64,000 bases of DNA from an uncultured Methanolobus sp. (GCA_963675495.1 OY776215.1:448001-512000), one strand, 5' to 3'. Positions 20,512-30,845 are shown, numbered from the stretch's first letter. Numbers and translations: made by a program. The notes: generated by a model from the letters alone, not told the origin.

Positions 20512-21045
20512 TCAACACCCTTGATCTAGCTCTTCCTGCAAGTCCTCCGGTGATTTCACACCTCTTGGCATAAGCCTTGCAGACTGGTCCTCACATATTA
20601 GCACTACAGGAGCACTTGGAGCTACTACAACCTGTGAACCGAACTCACCTATCATGGATTGTGTCATTTCAGGAGGAGCAATTGCAAAATACCAGTCAAA
20701 ACCATTATTTTTGAAATATTCCCTCACCTGCTCTTCATCTTCATTCGGATCGGTATCCAGGGATATATGTACCACAGGAGCACTTGTATTGCCCTCAGTG
20801 AACCGGAAAGTTTGAACCTCTTTTTGCTGTTTCAGGCAGGTGGGACACCAGACAGCAAAACTCTCAAGCATCACAGTACTGCCTTCAAAATCACTTATTT
20901 TGAAAGTTTCACCTGTGGCTATGTCTGTAAGCTCCGTGTCCCTCCAATCAACTAAAACTTCTTCTGTAGTCTGTTCGATACATCCTACAACCAATAGTAC
21001 TGAAATTATGAAAGAAAAAACAAAAATATTTTTTAAAATATGCAT
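20512..21045 (-). CDS. TlpA-like thioredoxin lipoprotein
   Basis: Lipobox-like VVGC and a WCPTC active site. Confidence 0.8.
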   Translation of the reverse strand: MHILKNIFVFSFIISVLLVVGCIEQTTEEVLVDWRDTELTDIATGETFKISDFEGSTVMLESFAVWCPTCLKQQKEVQTFRFTEGNTSAPVVHISLDTDPNEDEEQVREYFKNNGFDWYFAIAPPEMTQSMIGEFGSQVVVAPSAPVVLICEDQSARLMPRGVKSPEDLQEELDQGC

Positions 21046-21278
21046 GTATAACCCCTATTAAATTCAGGATGCGATTTCAAATAAAGGTTGTGTTGTCAAA
21101 TTTTTAAAAGGTTATTACTACGCTTTATACTCATCAAGAAAAGCAATATTGTATCATTATTGAGCAAGTGCATTTCCACAGCTTATATTTATATAATGCT
21201 GCATATATTAGTTAAGTGATACTATTTGCCTTATTGTTCAAAGTATAATCACATCCAGTTATAAGAAGAGGTGACGAA

Positions 21279-23414
21279 TTGCCCACCCATAGTAATAATT
21301 ATAAAAAATTAATATCAACAGTAGCATTGATAACATTGATCGTAAGCTTTTTTGCAGTCGTTGGTTTTGGATACAACCTTGTTTATTCTACAGATAAGAT
21401 GTTGGAAACATCAATCGATTCTGCCAGGCTTGAAGCACAGAGCTCCGCAGAACAGGTTTCATTAAACCTGATGGTTCTTTCAGATGTATCTCAATCAATT
21501 GCTTTTGATCTAAGTTCTGGAGAATTGAAGGAAGAACAGGTAGAAGAAAGACTCTATGAAGCTATTGGTTCCGACCCTGATATCTTTGAAGTGGGTGTAG
21601 AATACGAAAAGGATGCCTCTCAAATATATGGAGAAGATTCGAAATCAGACTATCCCTATGCTCCAACATATTCCAGAAAAAATGGTGAGCCACAACTTTA
21701 CCAGTTATCCTATGATTATACTGTAATATCCGATGAAACTGGTGAAAGTCAAAATACAGCATGGTATCATCGCGCTTTAACCCATGGATGCGGGTTGAAT
21801 AAACCGTATTATGAATCCCAGAGAAACAAGTGTATTATTGAATATTCAATTCCTTTTACATCTGAATACTCCAATCTGAATGAAATAGACCCTGCTGGAG
21901 TTGTCTATGCAAGTTATTCCCTTGAAGAATTAAGGAATACTATAAGTTCACTGGAGCTGGGAAATACAGGATATGGATTTATAGTTTCACAAAGCGGAGA
22001 TGTTGTATCCCACCCCATAAAAAATTATGTCTGCAACAATATTGCCAATATCTCAAAAACTGATGATATGTTCAAACAAATAACCAGCGATATAACACCA
22101 GGCAGTATCAATACGATTTATGAAGTTGAAAGTGGCAATAAGTTATGGATATTCTATGAAGAGATTCCCTCAACGGATTGGGTTCTTGGTATCGTTCTAA
22201 AAGACGAAGAAGTCCTACATCAAATGAATCAGGATCAATATTATCAGAAGATATATTTTTCATTGGCAATTACAGCATTTTTAATATCCATTTTAATTTT
22301 GGGTATTATAAGAAATCCAATCAACACAAATTCTTTGTGGAAAATAGCGATAATATTCTCCATCCTATGTTTTATTGAGATAGGTTTCATTTGGAACCTG
22401 GCCTTGACAAACACGGTTTCAGAAAATATAGATGATATCATTATATATGACAAAACCAGCCTTGACAGCTCTTTGGAAAAAATATATCTCACCGAACTAG
22501 GTAATATGAATGAGGATTACGCTGATTCAATAATCAAGATCCCAACTGGAATATTCATCCAATCTCTCGAATTCTCAACGGGAAGTAATGTGATAGTTAC
22601 TGGTTATGTCTGGCAGAAGCATACCGAAGGTGTTAGCGATGATTACGTCCCAGGAGTTCTTTTTCCAGAGTCTGACCATACTGTAATCAATAAAACCTAT
22701 GAAAAAAATGATGTGACTGGGTGGCATTTTAGAACAACACTACGTGAACAATTTGATTACATAACTTATCCTTTTGATATGGAAACTGTCTGGGTCAGAT
22801 TATGGAGTGACAGTTTTGAAAGTAACATAATCCTCATTCCTGACCTGGAATCATATGACCTGATAGTTCCGGAATCGAAGCCCGGTATCGAAAAAGATTT
22901 TGTTCTTGAAGGCTGGGAAGCTGAAAAAAGTTATTTTTCTTACAGGGTTAACGAATATGATACTAACTTTGGAATCGACGGCTATAAGCACCAGGGTAAT
23001 CCAGACCTTTATTTCAATATAGAACTAAAAAGGGATATTGTGATGCCATTCATCACATACATGGTTCCTTTACTATTAATAGCACTACTGATCTTTATTG
23101 CCCTTTTCACAGAAGTAAAAGCAGATTCTGACCCTTCGGAGATATTGAAATACAGTGCTTCATTAATGCTAGTATTGATGGTAGCACACGTTTCTCTGCG
23201 AGACAACCTTACAGCTTCCGGCATTATTTACCTTGAGTACTTCTATATCATCATGTATTTGGTGGTGCTGGGTGTTTCGTTAAATGCTCTCCTGTTTGCA
23301 TCAGATAAACAAATGCCTTTGATAGATTATAAGGACAATATATTTGCAAAACTTATCTACTGGCCTGCAATTATGGTATTGGTCCTGCTAGTGACAATTA
23401 AAACGTTTTGTTAA
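21279..23414 (+). CDS. Cache-domain pentameric ligand-gated ion channel (Pro-loop) homolog
   Basis: N-terminal TM + Cache-like region (WYHRA..PYY; GYGFIVSQSGDVVSHP), two TMs, beta-sandwich with YPFD loop and GW motif, then four C-terminal TMs. Confidence 0.75.
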   Translation: MPTHSNNYKKLISTVALITLIVSFFAVVGFGYNLVYSTDKMLETSIDSARLEAQSSAEQVSLNLMVLSDVSQSIAFDLSSGELKEEQVEERLYEAIGSDPDIFEVGVEYEKDASQIYGEDSKSDYPYAPTYSRKNGEPQLYQLSYDYTVISDETGESQNTAWYHRALTHGCGLNKPYYESQRNKCIIEYSIPFTSEYSNLNEIDPAGVVYASYSLEELRNTISSLELGNTGYGFIVSQSGDVVSHPIKNYVCNNIANISKTDDMFKQITSDITPGSINTIYEVESGNKLWIFYEEIPSTDWVLGIVLKDEEVLHQMNQDQYYQKIYFSLAITAFLISILILGIIRNPINTNSLWKIAIIFSILCFIEIGFIWNLALTNTVSENIDDIIIYDKTSLDSSLEKIYLTELGNMNEDYADSIIKIPTGIFIQSLEFSTGSNVIVTGYVWQKHTEGVSDDYVPGVLFPESDHTVINKTYEKNDVTGWHFRTTLREQFDYITYPFDMETVWVRLWSDSFESNIILIPDLESYDLIVPESKPGIEKDFVLEGWEAEKSYFSYRVNEYDTNFGIDGYKHQGNPDLYFNIELKRDIVMPFITYMVPLLLIALLIFIALFTEVKADSDPSEILKYSASLMLVLMVAHVSLRDNLTASGIIYLEYFYIIMYLVVLGVSLNALLFASDKQMPLIDYKDNIFAKLIYWPAIMVLVLLVTIKTFC

Positions 23415-23430
23415 ACTAGCATGTGAGAAC

Positions 23431-23468
23431 GGGATCAGTGTATAAACACTGCTCCTTTCTGTTTTTTA
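23431..23468 (+). terminator. Hairpin plus T-tract
   Basis: CAGTGT..ACACTG stem followed by TTTCTGTTTTTT downstream of the channel gene. Confidence 0.45.
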
Positions 23469-23575
23469 TTCTTCTTCTAATAAAGAAAAAACTGCGAAGG
23501 ATAAAAGTAAAACATTGAAACTACTTTAAGAGAAGATATCTTCAGGTGTATAGACCGAGCACATAAAAACTTATT

Positions 23576-24985
23576 TTAGTTATCATATAAAGGTATTAGA
23601 CTTTGGTCCGGACAACGCAAAGGGATGCTAAAACCAAAAATACTGTAATTACCATATTCACTTCTGATCCAAACTTCTCCTCCGTGAAGCTCGACTAATT
23701 CTTTTACAAGGGAAAGACCCAACCCCGTGCCCTTATGTCCTTTATTGGAATAAAAGTCAACTTGTGAAAACGGTTTGAATAATTTATCAATATCCTGTTC
23801 TTTTATTCCTATACCATCATCTTCAACTTCAAATTGCATCATGTCTTCAACTATGCTACACCGTATAGTTATGTTTCCATCATCATTGACAAACTTGACT
23901 GCATTTCCCACAAGATTGTAAAGTATCTGTTTTAATTTGCCTGCATCAACTTCCAAAGTGGACACATTTGATCTTATATTGGTCTGAATAGATATATTCC
24001 TGGGAGTAGTTGATGGTCTCATACTTTCAACTATATCATTTATAGTGGAAGGAACTAATATAATATCATATTGAAGATCCATTTTTCCAGCTTCTGCTTT
24101 TGATATATCCAGTATATCGTTAATGAGATCCAGCAGATGGTGACCGCTTTTAGATATGTTCTGAGCATATTTTCTTTGTAATTCACCAAATGTTTCAGAT
24201 TCATCATCTGTAAGAATATCAGAAAACCCTATTATAGAATTCAGAGGAGTTCTAATCTCGTGACTCATGCTTGCTAAGAATTTGCTCTTGGCATTGTTTG
24301 AAGCCACAGCAAGTTCTTTTGCCACCTTAAGGTCCCTTTCCATTCTTTTTCTTTCGGTCAGGTCGATCTCCATAGAAAAAATATCCAGTTGATCCTCAGC
24401 TATCGGGACTGCTGAGTAGCTGGAAAATACAGGAATTTTTCTTCCATCTTTAGCAAGGAAAGTCGTTTCAACTGCATTACTATAATTGTTTTCAACCTGT
24501 ACAGAAGTTATGGCTCCTTCAAATTCATCCTTGCTTTCAGCCAAGACTATAAGTTCAGTCATTTTTTTCCCGGTGGCTTCCTTTTTAGAATATCCATACA
24601 TTTTTTCACTTGCAAGATTCCAGTAGTGTACTGTGAGATCAGGAGCAAAACCCTGAACGGCAACATCAGGTACATTATCAATAAAATTCTGAAATTTCGT
24701 TTCATATAAATTCAGTTTGGTTTCCTGGTCCTTTACTGTTCTTGAAAGAGCTACTTGTCTGCTGAGAACCATATGTATTATATTTGCAGTCAGAAGGATC
24801 AGGATAAATGTGAGAGCCTTGATAAAGGTCACATCCCTGGGAGCAAGACCACTTGCAAGAACACTATCAAGCCAGTTAGCAATATAGAACCAGGCACGAT
24901 ATAGTACCAGAACAAATATCAAAAAAGTAGTGACTGTAACCGAGTACGGTCTTTTGAACCATTCTTTGATCCGAAGAGGATCCAT
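23576..24985 (-). CDS. Membrane-bound PAS histidine kinase
   Basis: Two N-terminal TMs; PAS; SHEIRTPL, NLVGNAVKF and GTGLGL motifs. Confidence 0.9.
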   Translation of the reverse strand: MDPLRIKEWFKRPYSVTVTTFLIFVLVLYRAWFYIANWLDSVLASGLAPRDVTFIKALTFILILLTANIIHMVLSRQVALSRTVKDQETKLNLYETKFQNFIDNVPDVAVQGFAPDLTVHYWNLASEKMYGYSKKEATGKKMTELIVLAESKDEFEGAITSVQVENNYSNAVETTFLAKDGRKIPVFSSYSAVPIAEDQLDIFSMEIDLTERKRMERDLKVAKELAVASNNAKSKFLASMSHEIRTPLNSIIGFSDILTDDESETFGELQRKYAQNISKSGHHLLDLINDILDISKAEAGKMDLQYDIILVPSTINDIVESMRPSTTPRNISIQTNIRSNVSTLEVDAGKLKQILYNLVGNAVKFVNDDGNITIRCSIVEDMMQFEVEDDGIGIKEQDIDKLFKPFSQVDFYSNKGHKGTGLGLSLVKELVELHGGEVWIRSEYGNYSIFGFSIPLRCPDQSLIPLYDN

Positions 24986-25209
24986 ATCCCTCTGATCACT
25001 TTTAATATTGTGAACCCCTGGCTGAAATATAATATTCCTTAACTATGACTTACTGACAAAGCATACAGAACAGTTTATAGTCCCATAACTATATTAGATA
25101 AAAAGGTATTGTATAAAATGAGTGCTATATATATGTGCAAGTTCATGAATACACTCTTTCTAAGAATTCCAATCCTGCACATTATCCCCCCAATAAACGA
25201 GAAAACATC

Positions 25210-25791
25210 ATGCTTGATATAGATTCATTTTCGAGATACTTGAATATTTTCCTGTTCCTTGTGCTGGTTAATTCACTCTTATCGAGATTTGCAGTCATTA
25301 ATTCCCCCATATCACCAGCACCGGGAGTGTCCAGCATGTATTTTGCTGTTGCATTCATGATAATATTTGCCCTCTGGTTTGGAATATGGGGTGCTTTTTC
25401 TGCATATCTTGGATGCATGATAGGAGCTGGCATCCTTGCAGATATGCCCTTTGCAGCAAATGTGATATGGTCATTGGCTGACCTGTGGCAGGTAATCATT
25501 CCCCTGGCTGCCTTTGCACATTTCAAAGTGAACATTAGGATGCGGACAAAAAGGGATATAGCAATCTTTGTCATTTTTGCCTGCCTGCTAAATAATCTTG
25601 CTGGAGCCTTATGGGGCGCATTCATGCTGGCTTCCAATGGTATTATCCCGTGGAATGAATTTTTTGTTACGTTTGAAGGATGGTTCGTGGGCAATTTAGT
25701 AACTACGCTTATAATCGTGCCTTTTTTACTTCGGTATGTAACTCCATATGTTCAGCAGACGAAGTCTTATGTTCATGGATATTGGATTTGA
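25210..25791 (+). CDS. MASE1-like integral membrane protein
   Basis: Multi-TM with ALWFGIWG and GWFVGN motifs; lies upstream of a soluble histidine kinase. Start chosen at MLDID. Confidence 0.55.
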   Translation: MLDIDSFSRYLNIFLFLVLVNSLLSRFAVINSPISPAPGVSSMYFAVAFMIIFALWFGIWGAFSAYLGCMIGAGILADMPFAANVIWSLADLWQVIIPLAAFAHFKVNIRMRTKRDIAIFVIFACLLNNLAGALWGAFMLASNGIIPWNEFFVTFEGWFVGNLVTTLIIVPFLLRYVTPYVQQTKSYVHGYWI

Positions 25792-25922
25792 ATTACCAGC
25801 ATCCAGCCTGTAATTACATAGTACCTGTTATTTTGAATATTTCAGAGACAATATCAATCAACAATAAATTATAAATATAAATAATATATATCATAGAAAT
25901 TATAAATATTACAGGACATAAC

Positions 25923-28259
25923 ATGTCTTCGAAAAACGACAATCCTTGTGCTTTTAGTCTTGAAACTGATTCAATGGACCTCTGGGAAGATGGTATCATT
26001 ATACTATCACCAGAAGGAACTGTTTCTTATGCAAATCAAAGCTGGAAAGACTTTGTACACAATAATGGTCTTAATTCCTTCAAATACACTGAAGAAGTCA
26101 ATTATCTCATATTTTTAGATGAAATTACAGCTAAAAAACCAGACAATACAATTAGTGCGGCAAAAGGAATAAGCGATATCATAAATGGAAATACGAATAT
26201 ATTCAAACTTGAATATCCTCACCACGGCCCTGATGGAAAAAAATGGTATTTGATGAAAGTTCAGCCACTTTCTAAAAAAGACCAAACTGCCGTTATTTTG
26301 CAACATATAGATATAACTAAAAGGAAAAAAGCAGAATTCAATCACTTTGAATCTGAAAAACAGATTCATCGCATGCTTAATAACACACAACTTATTGAGA
26401 TTATGCTGGATCCAAAGGGAAATATCATTTACTGCAATGATTTTTTACTGGAACTAACCGGACAGAATAAAGAACATGTGTTTAACAATAACTGGTTTGA
26501 CATGTTCCTGCCACCGGAGATTGTCCCTGAGATCAAGACTGTTTTTGCTAAGACCATCGAAGAAGATAATCTACCTTCACACAACAAGAATGAAATTGTT
26601 ACAAATAAAGGAAGCATAAGAACGATCGTCTGGAATAATACTGCCATTAAGGACATAGATGGTAAGATTAAAAGTATTGTTTGCATTGGTGAAGATATAA
26701 CCGATTATCAACTTACAGAGAAGTCACTGCTTAATAGTAGAGGACAATTACGCACATTAGTAAATACAATTCCAGATCTGGTCTGGCTAAAAGACGTTAA
26801 TGGTACTTACCTGACATGTAATACTAAATTCGAGCGCTTCTTTGGCGCAAAGGAAGAAGAAATTACCGGGAAGACGGATTATGACTTTGTGGACAAAGAA
26901 CTGGCAGATCTTTTCACACAGAAAGACAAGGAAGCAATGAAAGTCGGTAAAGCTTCCATGAATGAAGAAGAAATTACTTATGCTGATGATGGACACAGGG
27001 AATATCTTGAAACGATAAAGTGTCCCATGTATAATTCCAATGGACAACTAATAGGAATACTAGGTGTTGGCAGGGATATAACTCAGCGAAAACATGCAAA
27101 TGAAGAATTGAAAAAAAGAGAATTGCAACTACAGATAGCACAGGAAATTGGGTGCTTTGGAAGTTGGGGTTTTGATTTTAATTCCAGCAATATGGATATT
27201 TCAGAGGAAGCTGCCAGGATATATGGTCTGGAAAATAAACATTACACTATCAAAGAAATACAAGAAATAGCTTTAACGGAACACCGACCGATGTTGGATA
27301 AAGCACGAAAAGCTCTGCTTGAGAGAAATGCACCATATGATGTACAATACAGAATAATAAGACCTACTGATGGGAAGATTCGAGAAATACATTCGGTTGC
27401 AGGTTATTTTGCTGAACGAAATATGGTCATTGGAACAATTCAGGATATTACCGAACGTAAGCAGGCAGAAGAAGAATTACTTCAAGCCAAGCTGGCAGCT
27501 GAAGCAGCTAACAGAACAAAATCAGAGTTCCTTGCTAACATGAGCCATGAACTACGTACACCACTTAATTCAATTTACGGTTTTTCGCAATTATTAAACG
27601 ATAAGATCCCAGGTGAATTGAACGAGAAACAAAATCATTATATTTCCAATGTTCTCAAAAGCAGTAAACACCTGATAGAGCTGATAAATGATATTCTTGA
27701 CCTGTCAAAAGTTGAAGCAGGGAAAATGAAACTTGAATGTGAATATTTTAAAATCGCAAACTTACTAGATGAAATTGTAATATCCATGCAACCTATTGCA
27801 AGAAAGAAAGACATCACCATCAGGACCATAATTGAAATTGATGATGTGGAAATATATGCTGACACTAAAAAAATAAAAGATGTATTGTACAATCTTCTTT
27901 CCAATGCGGTCAAATTCACATCGAAAAATGGAAAAATACACGTCAATGCAACTTGTCATGATGATAAATTACAGATTTTTGTTGCAGATGACGGTATTGG
28001 TATTTCAGAAGATGAAATACAGGAAATATTCAAACCTTTCAAACAGGTTGATAGCTTCTTAACTCGTAAATTCGAAGGAACCGGTCTTGGTCTTGCGCTT
28101 ACAAAGAAATATGTGGAAATGCATGGAGGAAATATCCATGTTGAAAGCAAACCTGGAAAAGGCAGTACTTTTACTTTTGTGATACCTGTTGAAATGAAAA
28201 AGAATTGCTTAACCAGGCAATGTAAACATCAAAACACCCCCAGATTAAAATATGTCTAA
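25923..28259 (+). CDS. Multi-PAS sensor histidine kinase
   Basis: PAS repeats ending DIT; ANMSHELRTPL, NLLSNAVKF and GTGLGL motifs. Confidence 0.9.
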   Translation: MSSKNDNPCAFSLETDSMDLWEDGIIILSPEGTVSYANQSWKDFVHNNGLNSFKYTEEVNYLIFLDEITAKKPDNTISAAKGISDIINGNTNIFKLEYPHHGPDGKKWYLMKVQPLSKKDQTAVILQHIDITKRKKAEFNHFESEKQIHRMLNNTQLIEIMLDPKGNIIYCNDFLLELTGQNKEHVFNNNWFDMFLPPEIVPEIKTVFAKTIEEDNLPSHNKNEIVTNKGSIRTIVWNNTAIKDIDGKIKSIVCIGEDITDYQLTEKSLLNSRGQLRTLVNTIPDLVWLKDVNGTYLTCNTKFERFFGAKEEEITGKTDYDFVDKELADLFTQKDKEAMKVGKASMNEEEITYADDGHREYLETIKCPMYNSNGQLIGILGVGRDITQRKHANEELKKRELQLQIAQEIGCFGSWGFDFNSSNMDISEEAARIYGLENKHYTIKEIQEIALTEHRPMLDKARKALLERNAPYDVQYRIIRPTDGKIREIHSVAGYFAERNMVIGTIQDITERKQAEEELLQAKLAAEAANRTKSEFLANMSHELRTPLNSIYGFSQLLNDKIPGELNEKQNHYISNVLKSSKHLIELINDILDLSKVEAGKMKLECEYFKIANLLDEIVISMQPIARKKDITIRTIIEIDDVEIYADTKKIKDVLYNLLSNAVKFTSKNGKIHVNATCHDDKLQIFVADDGIGISEDEIQEIFKPFKQVDSFLTRKFEGTGLGLALTKKYVEMHGGNIHVESKPGKGSTFTFVIPVEMKKNCLTRQCKHQNTPRLKYV

Positions 28260-28335
28260 TTACAGCGTTTTTTAGTGTTTATATTTCATCAGATCTTGTA
28301 AATTGTCTAATTCATAAAGCACTTAAGAAGAGGGA

Positions 28336-29718
28336 TTAGACCCTCTTTCTCAAAGATAAAAATACTGCACCAATTACGCATGCAATTGCGAGCAAAGACT
28401 CAAATCCTGGCAGACTTGAACTTTTCGAACCCGTTCCCTTAGTTCCGAGTTGGGACTGGACCTCGGCATTGATTCTCACCTGTTCTGCCATTTCTTCAAG
28501 TTCAGCTTCGTCCTTGAGCATCTCATAGAAACCATGCCACTGTACAAAATCAGGACCCATCATAAATGCACCCATTCTTGCACGTCTGCCCTCATGATGC
28601 CAGTATTCATAGATCTTGAATTCTATGGGCTCATCAAAGTTCTGCTCGGTCAGTAAGCCATCTTCTCTGAGCTCATCAACTATTAATTTTGAATCTGTGT
28701 ATTTTTGGTTGTATAATGCAACCGTATTGTCTGCATTTACGTAGTAATTTGTGATCCAGTCATCTGAGTGACACTGTGCACACACTGAATACATCCTCTC
28801 CCGCTTTTCCTGCCATGTAGACCCATCACTGATCGGAGTTCCAAATACGTTTGCCGTGTTGTCAGTCCGTCTGGATATCGGTGGTTCAAGTTCCCATGAA
28901 AGACGTGAACTTACATCGTGCGTAGGTTCCAGCTCATCCGTCCCTGACATATGACATACAGTACAGGTAGGCGTCCTATAATCCTCTCCAGCTACCCACT
29001 GCTCAGAACTCCAGTTCCATTGATCTCCTTCAGTATTATAGATGCTTCCGTGCTTTGATTCAAAGAATATCTCTGTCTGAGGATGATCAGGTCCAAGATG
29101 GCATTGTTCACAGGACTCTGGTTTTCGTGCTTCCTCCACAGAGAATAAATGACGTGTGTGGCATGAGGAACACGATCCAAGACTGCCATCCGGATTTATT
29201 CTTCCAATTCCATTGTTTGGCCAGACACTAGGATCATCTGTATTCTTACCGGTCATATTAGTACCATGGCATGCCTGACAACCATTAACCGTAGCATCAT
29301 GATTTACAATGGTCTCACCATCAAACGTTGTTGTGCTTTCAAGATATGGCAGACCTTTATTGTCAAAATCCAGTTCGTAGTATTTGGCACCAAGCGCGTG
29401 CAGACTCCGGGTATTCTCTTCGAACGCTGCAGCATGGCAGGACCCACAGTCGCTTGAAGACACCACAGGTGAAATATAAGTACCCATATGCTCTACAGCA
29501 TCAGAATCATCTGGCTCTGCAATGTGGCAATCTCCACATGATACATCATTCTCTGCATGTTTGCTATTCTCCCAATCATCCACTATCGCCGGAAATACGT
29601 TCATAGAACTATGGCAATCCAGACAGCTATCCAAATCATCCTCTAATGCTGCACCCGATTGAACTAACAAAGCAAAAAGTACGATCAGTGTCCACGTTAA
29701 TAAGTATGCGACCTTCAT
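28336..29718 (-). CDS. Hydroxylamine-oxidoreductase-like octaheme cytochrome c with PGF-CTERM anchor
   Basis: Eight CxxCH motifs (CLDCH, CGDCH, CGSCH, CQACH, CSSCH, CEQCH, CTVCH, CAQCH); HLGPDHPQ..ESKHG; LPGF+TM+RKR tail. Start MKVAY follows an RBS-like GGGGTG. Confidence 0.85.
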   Translation of the reverse strand: MKVAYLLTWTLIVLFALLVQSGAALEDDLDSCLDCHSSMNVFPAIVDDWENSKHAENDVSCGDCHIAEPDDSDAVEHMGTYISPVVSSSDCGSCHAAAFEENTRSLHALGAKYYELDFDNKGLPYLESTTTFDGETIVNHDATVNGCQACHGTNMTGKNTDDPSVWPNNGIGRINPDGSLGSCSSCHTRHLFSVEEARKPESCEQCHLGPDHPQTEIFFESKHGSIYNTEGDQWNWSSEQWVAGEDYRTPTCTVCHMSGTDELEPTHDVSSRLSWELEPPISRRTDNTANVFGTPISDGSTWQEKRERMYSVCAQCHSDDWITNYYVNADNTVALYNQKYTDSKLIVDELREDGLLTEQNFDEPIEFKIYEYWHHEGRRARMGAFMMGPDFVQWHGFYEMLKDEAELEEMAEQVRINAEVQSQLGTKGTGSKSSSLPGFESLLAIACVIGAVFLSLRKRV

Positions 29719-29849
29719 GTTCCACCCCATGTGTATAATGCTTCTGTAAAAATGATACGATAGATCCCCTATAAAATAATAGACAGAGCTTTGATAAAAA
29801 GCTGTGGTGAGGTGGAAGAACAACACAGCAATTATCCAAGAAACAAAAT

Positions 29850-30172
29850 CAGCATCAGAAAAGATAATTGTAAATGGTGGGCCCGATGTGTTTCGCAACT
29901 CCGATGACGCTTCGGAAGCGCGAATCGAGGTGCATCGCTACGCTCAGCACCGCAATAATAACAAAAAAACAACTAAGCTCCTTACATAAACCAGCATCAG
30001 AAAAGATAATTGTAAATGGTGGGCCCGATGTGTTTCGCAACTCCGATGACGCTTCGGAAGCGCGAATCGAGGTGCATCGCTACGCTCAGCACCGCAATAA
30101 TAACAAAAGAACAACTAAGCTCCTTACATAAACCAGCATCAGAAAAGATAATTGTAAATGGTGGGCCCGATG
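29850..30172 (-). repeat. 142-bp tandem repeat (~2.3 copies) downstream of tRNA-Val, each unit ending in the tRNA's 3' 14 nt
   Basis: TGGTGGGCCCGATG recurs at 29875, 30017 and 30159; the full units differ by one A/G (29967 vs 30109). Confidence 0.95.
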
Positions 30173-30235
30173 AGATTCGAACTCATGATCCTCGCCGTGT
30201 AAAGGCGATGTCATAACCAGCTAGACCACGGGCCC
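30159..30235 (-). tRNA. tRNA-Val(TAC), CCA encoded
   Basis: GGGCCCG acceptor stem, anticodon arm TCGCC-TTTACAC-GGCGA, T-loop GTTCGAATC, ends CGGGCCCACCA. Confidence 0.95.
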
Positions 30236-30412
30236 ACAGTGTTTGCGAATAAAGTTGTTCGGTGACGGTTTCGCCCACGAGCAACTCCTTAATGTAACTA
30301 GTTGTATATAACCTTTTTTGATGGAAACTTGGAAATTGGATGAAAATCTTAATTTCTCACTGTTTTTTACTTCCATCTGACAGTATTTCAAATTGAAATT
30401 GGATTAAATAAT

Positions 30413-30715
30413 TTAAACCATATAGTCCACAACAACCCTGTCATCATTGATCTTGCCGACAAATTCGGCAACCTTCATGTGCTCAGGGTGGTCCTGATAA
30501 ATCTTAAATGCTTCCTCATCTTTAAACTCGGAATAGAGAACAACATCATAAGCAACAGCTGAAGGATTTTCATTAATTCCCACCTCTATCACTTCAATCT
30601 CAGGGATCATACTTTTGAGAGTTTCAAGCATTTCCTTCATAAGCAATGCATTCCCAATGTTGCTCTTTCCTTCAGCATTTTCCTTTAACTTCCACATAGC
30701 AATATGTTTAAACAT
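30413..30715 (-). CDS. Dabb (stress-responsive A/B barrel) protein
   Basis: MFKHIAMWK start; YQDHPEH and VVDY motifs. Confidence 0.85.
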   Translation of the reverse strand: MFKHIAMWKLKENAEGKSNIGNALLMKEMLETLKSMIPEIEVIEVGINENPSAVAYDVVLYSEFKDEEAFKIYQDHPEHMKVAEFVGKINDDRVVVDYMV

Positions 30716-30845
30716 GTGATATTCCTCTTTTCTGCAAATGCTGACATGTCTTATGTCTTTTATGTTCAAACATGCAAGAATACGATATCCTGAAAAAATA
30801 GTGCTGATAGGTATTTAAATACTAACAAAGTGAAATAGGGCAATA

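Noticed and set aside
29850-30172. CRISPR array
   Set aside because: The sequences between the recurring motifs are near-identical rather than unique spacers, the period is 142 bp, and no cas genes are present.
29719-30216. N-terminal extension of the cytochrome ORF to 29898 and several short ORFs in the repeat
   Set aside because: They arise from the tandem repeat and tRNA; the signal peptide and RBS place the real start at 29718.
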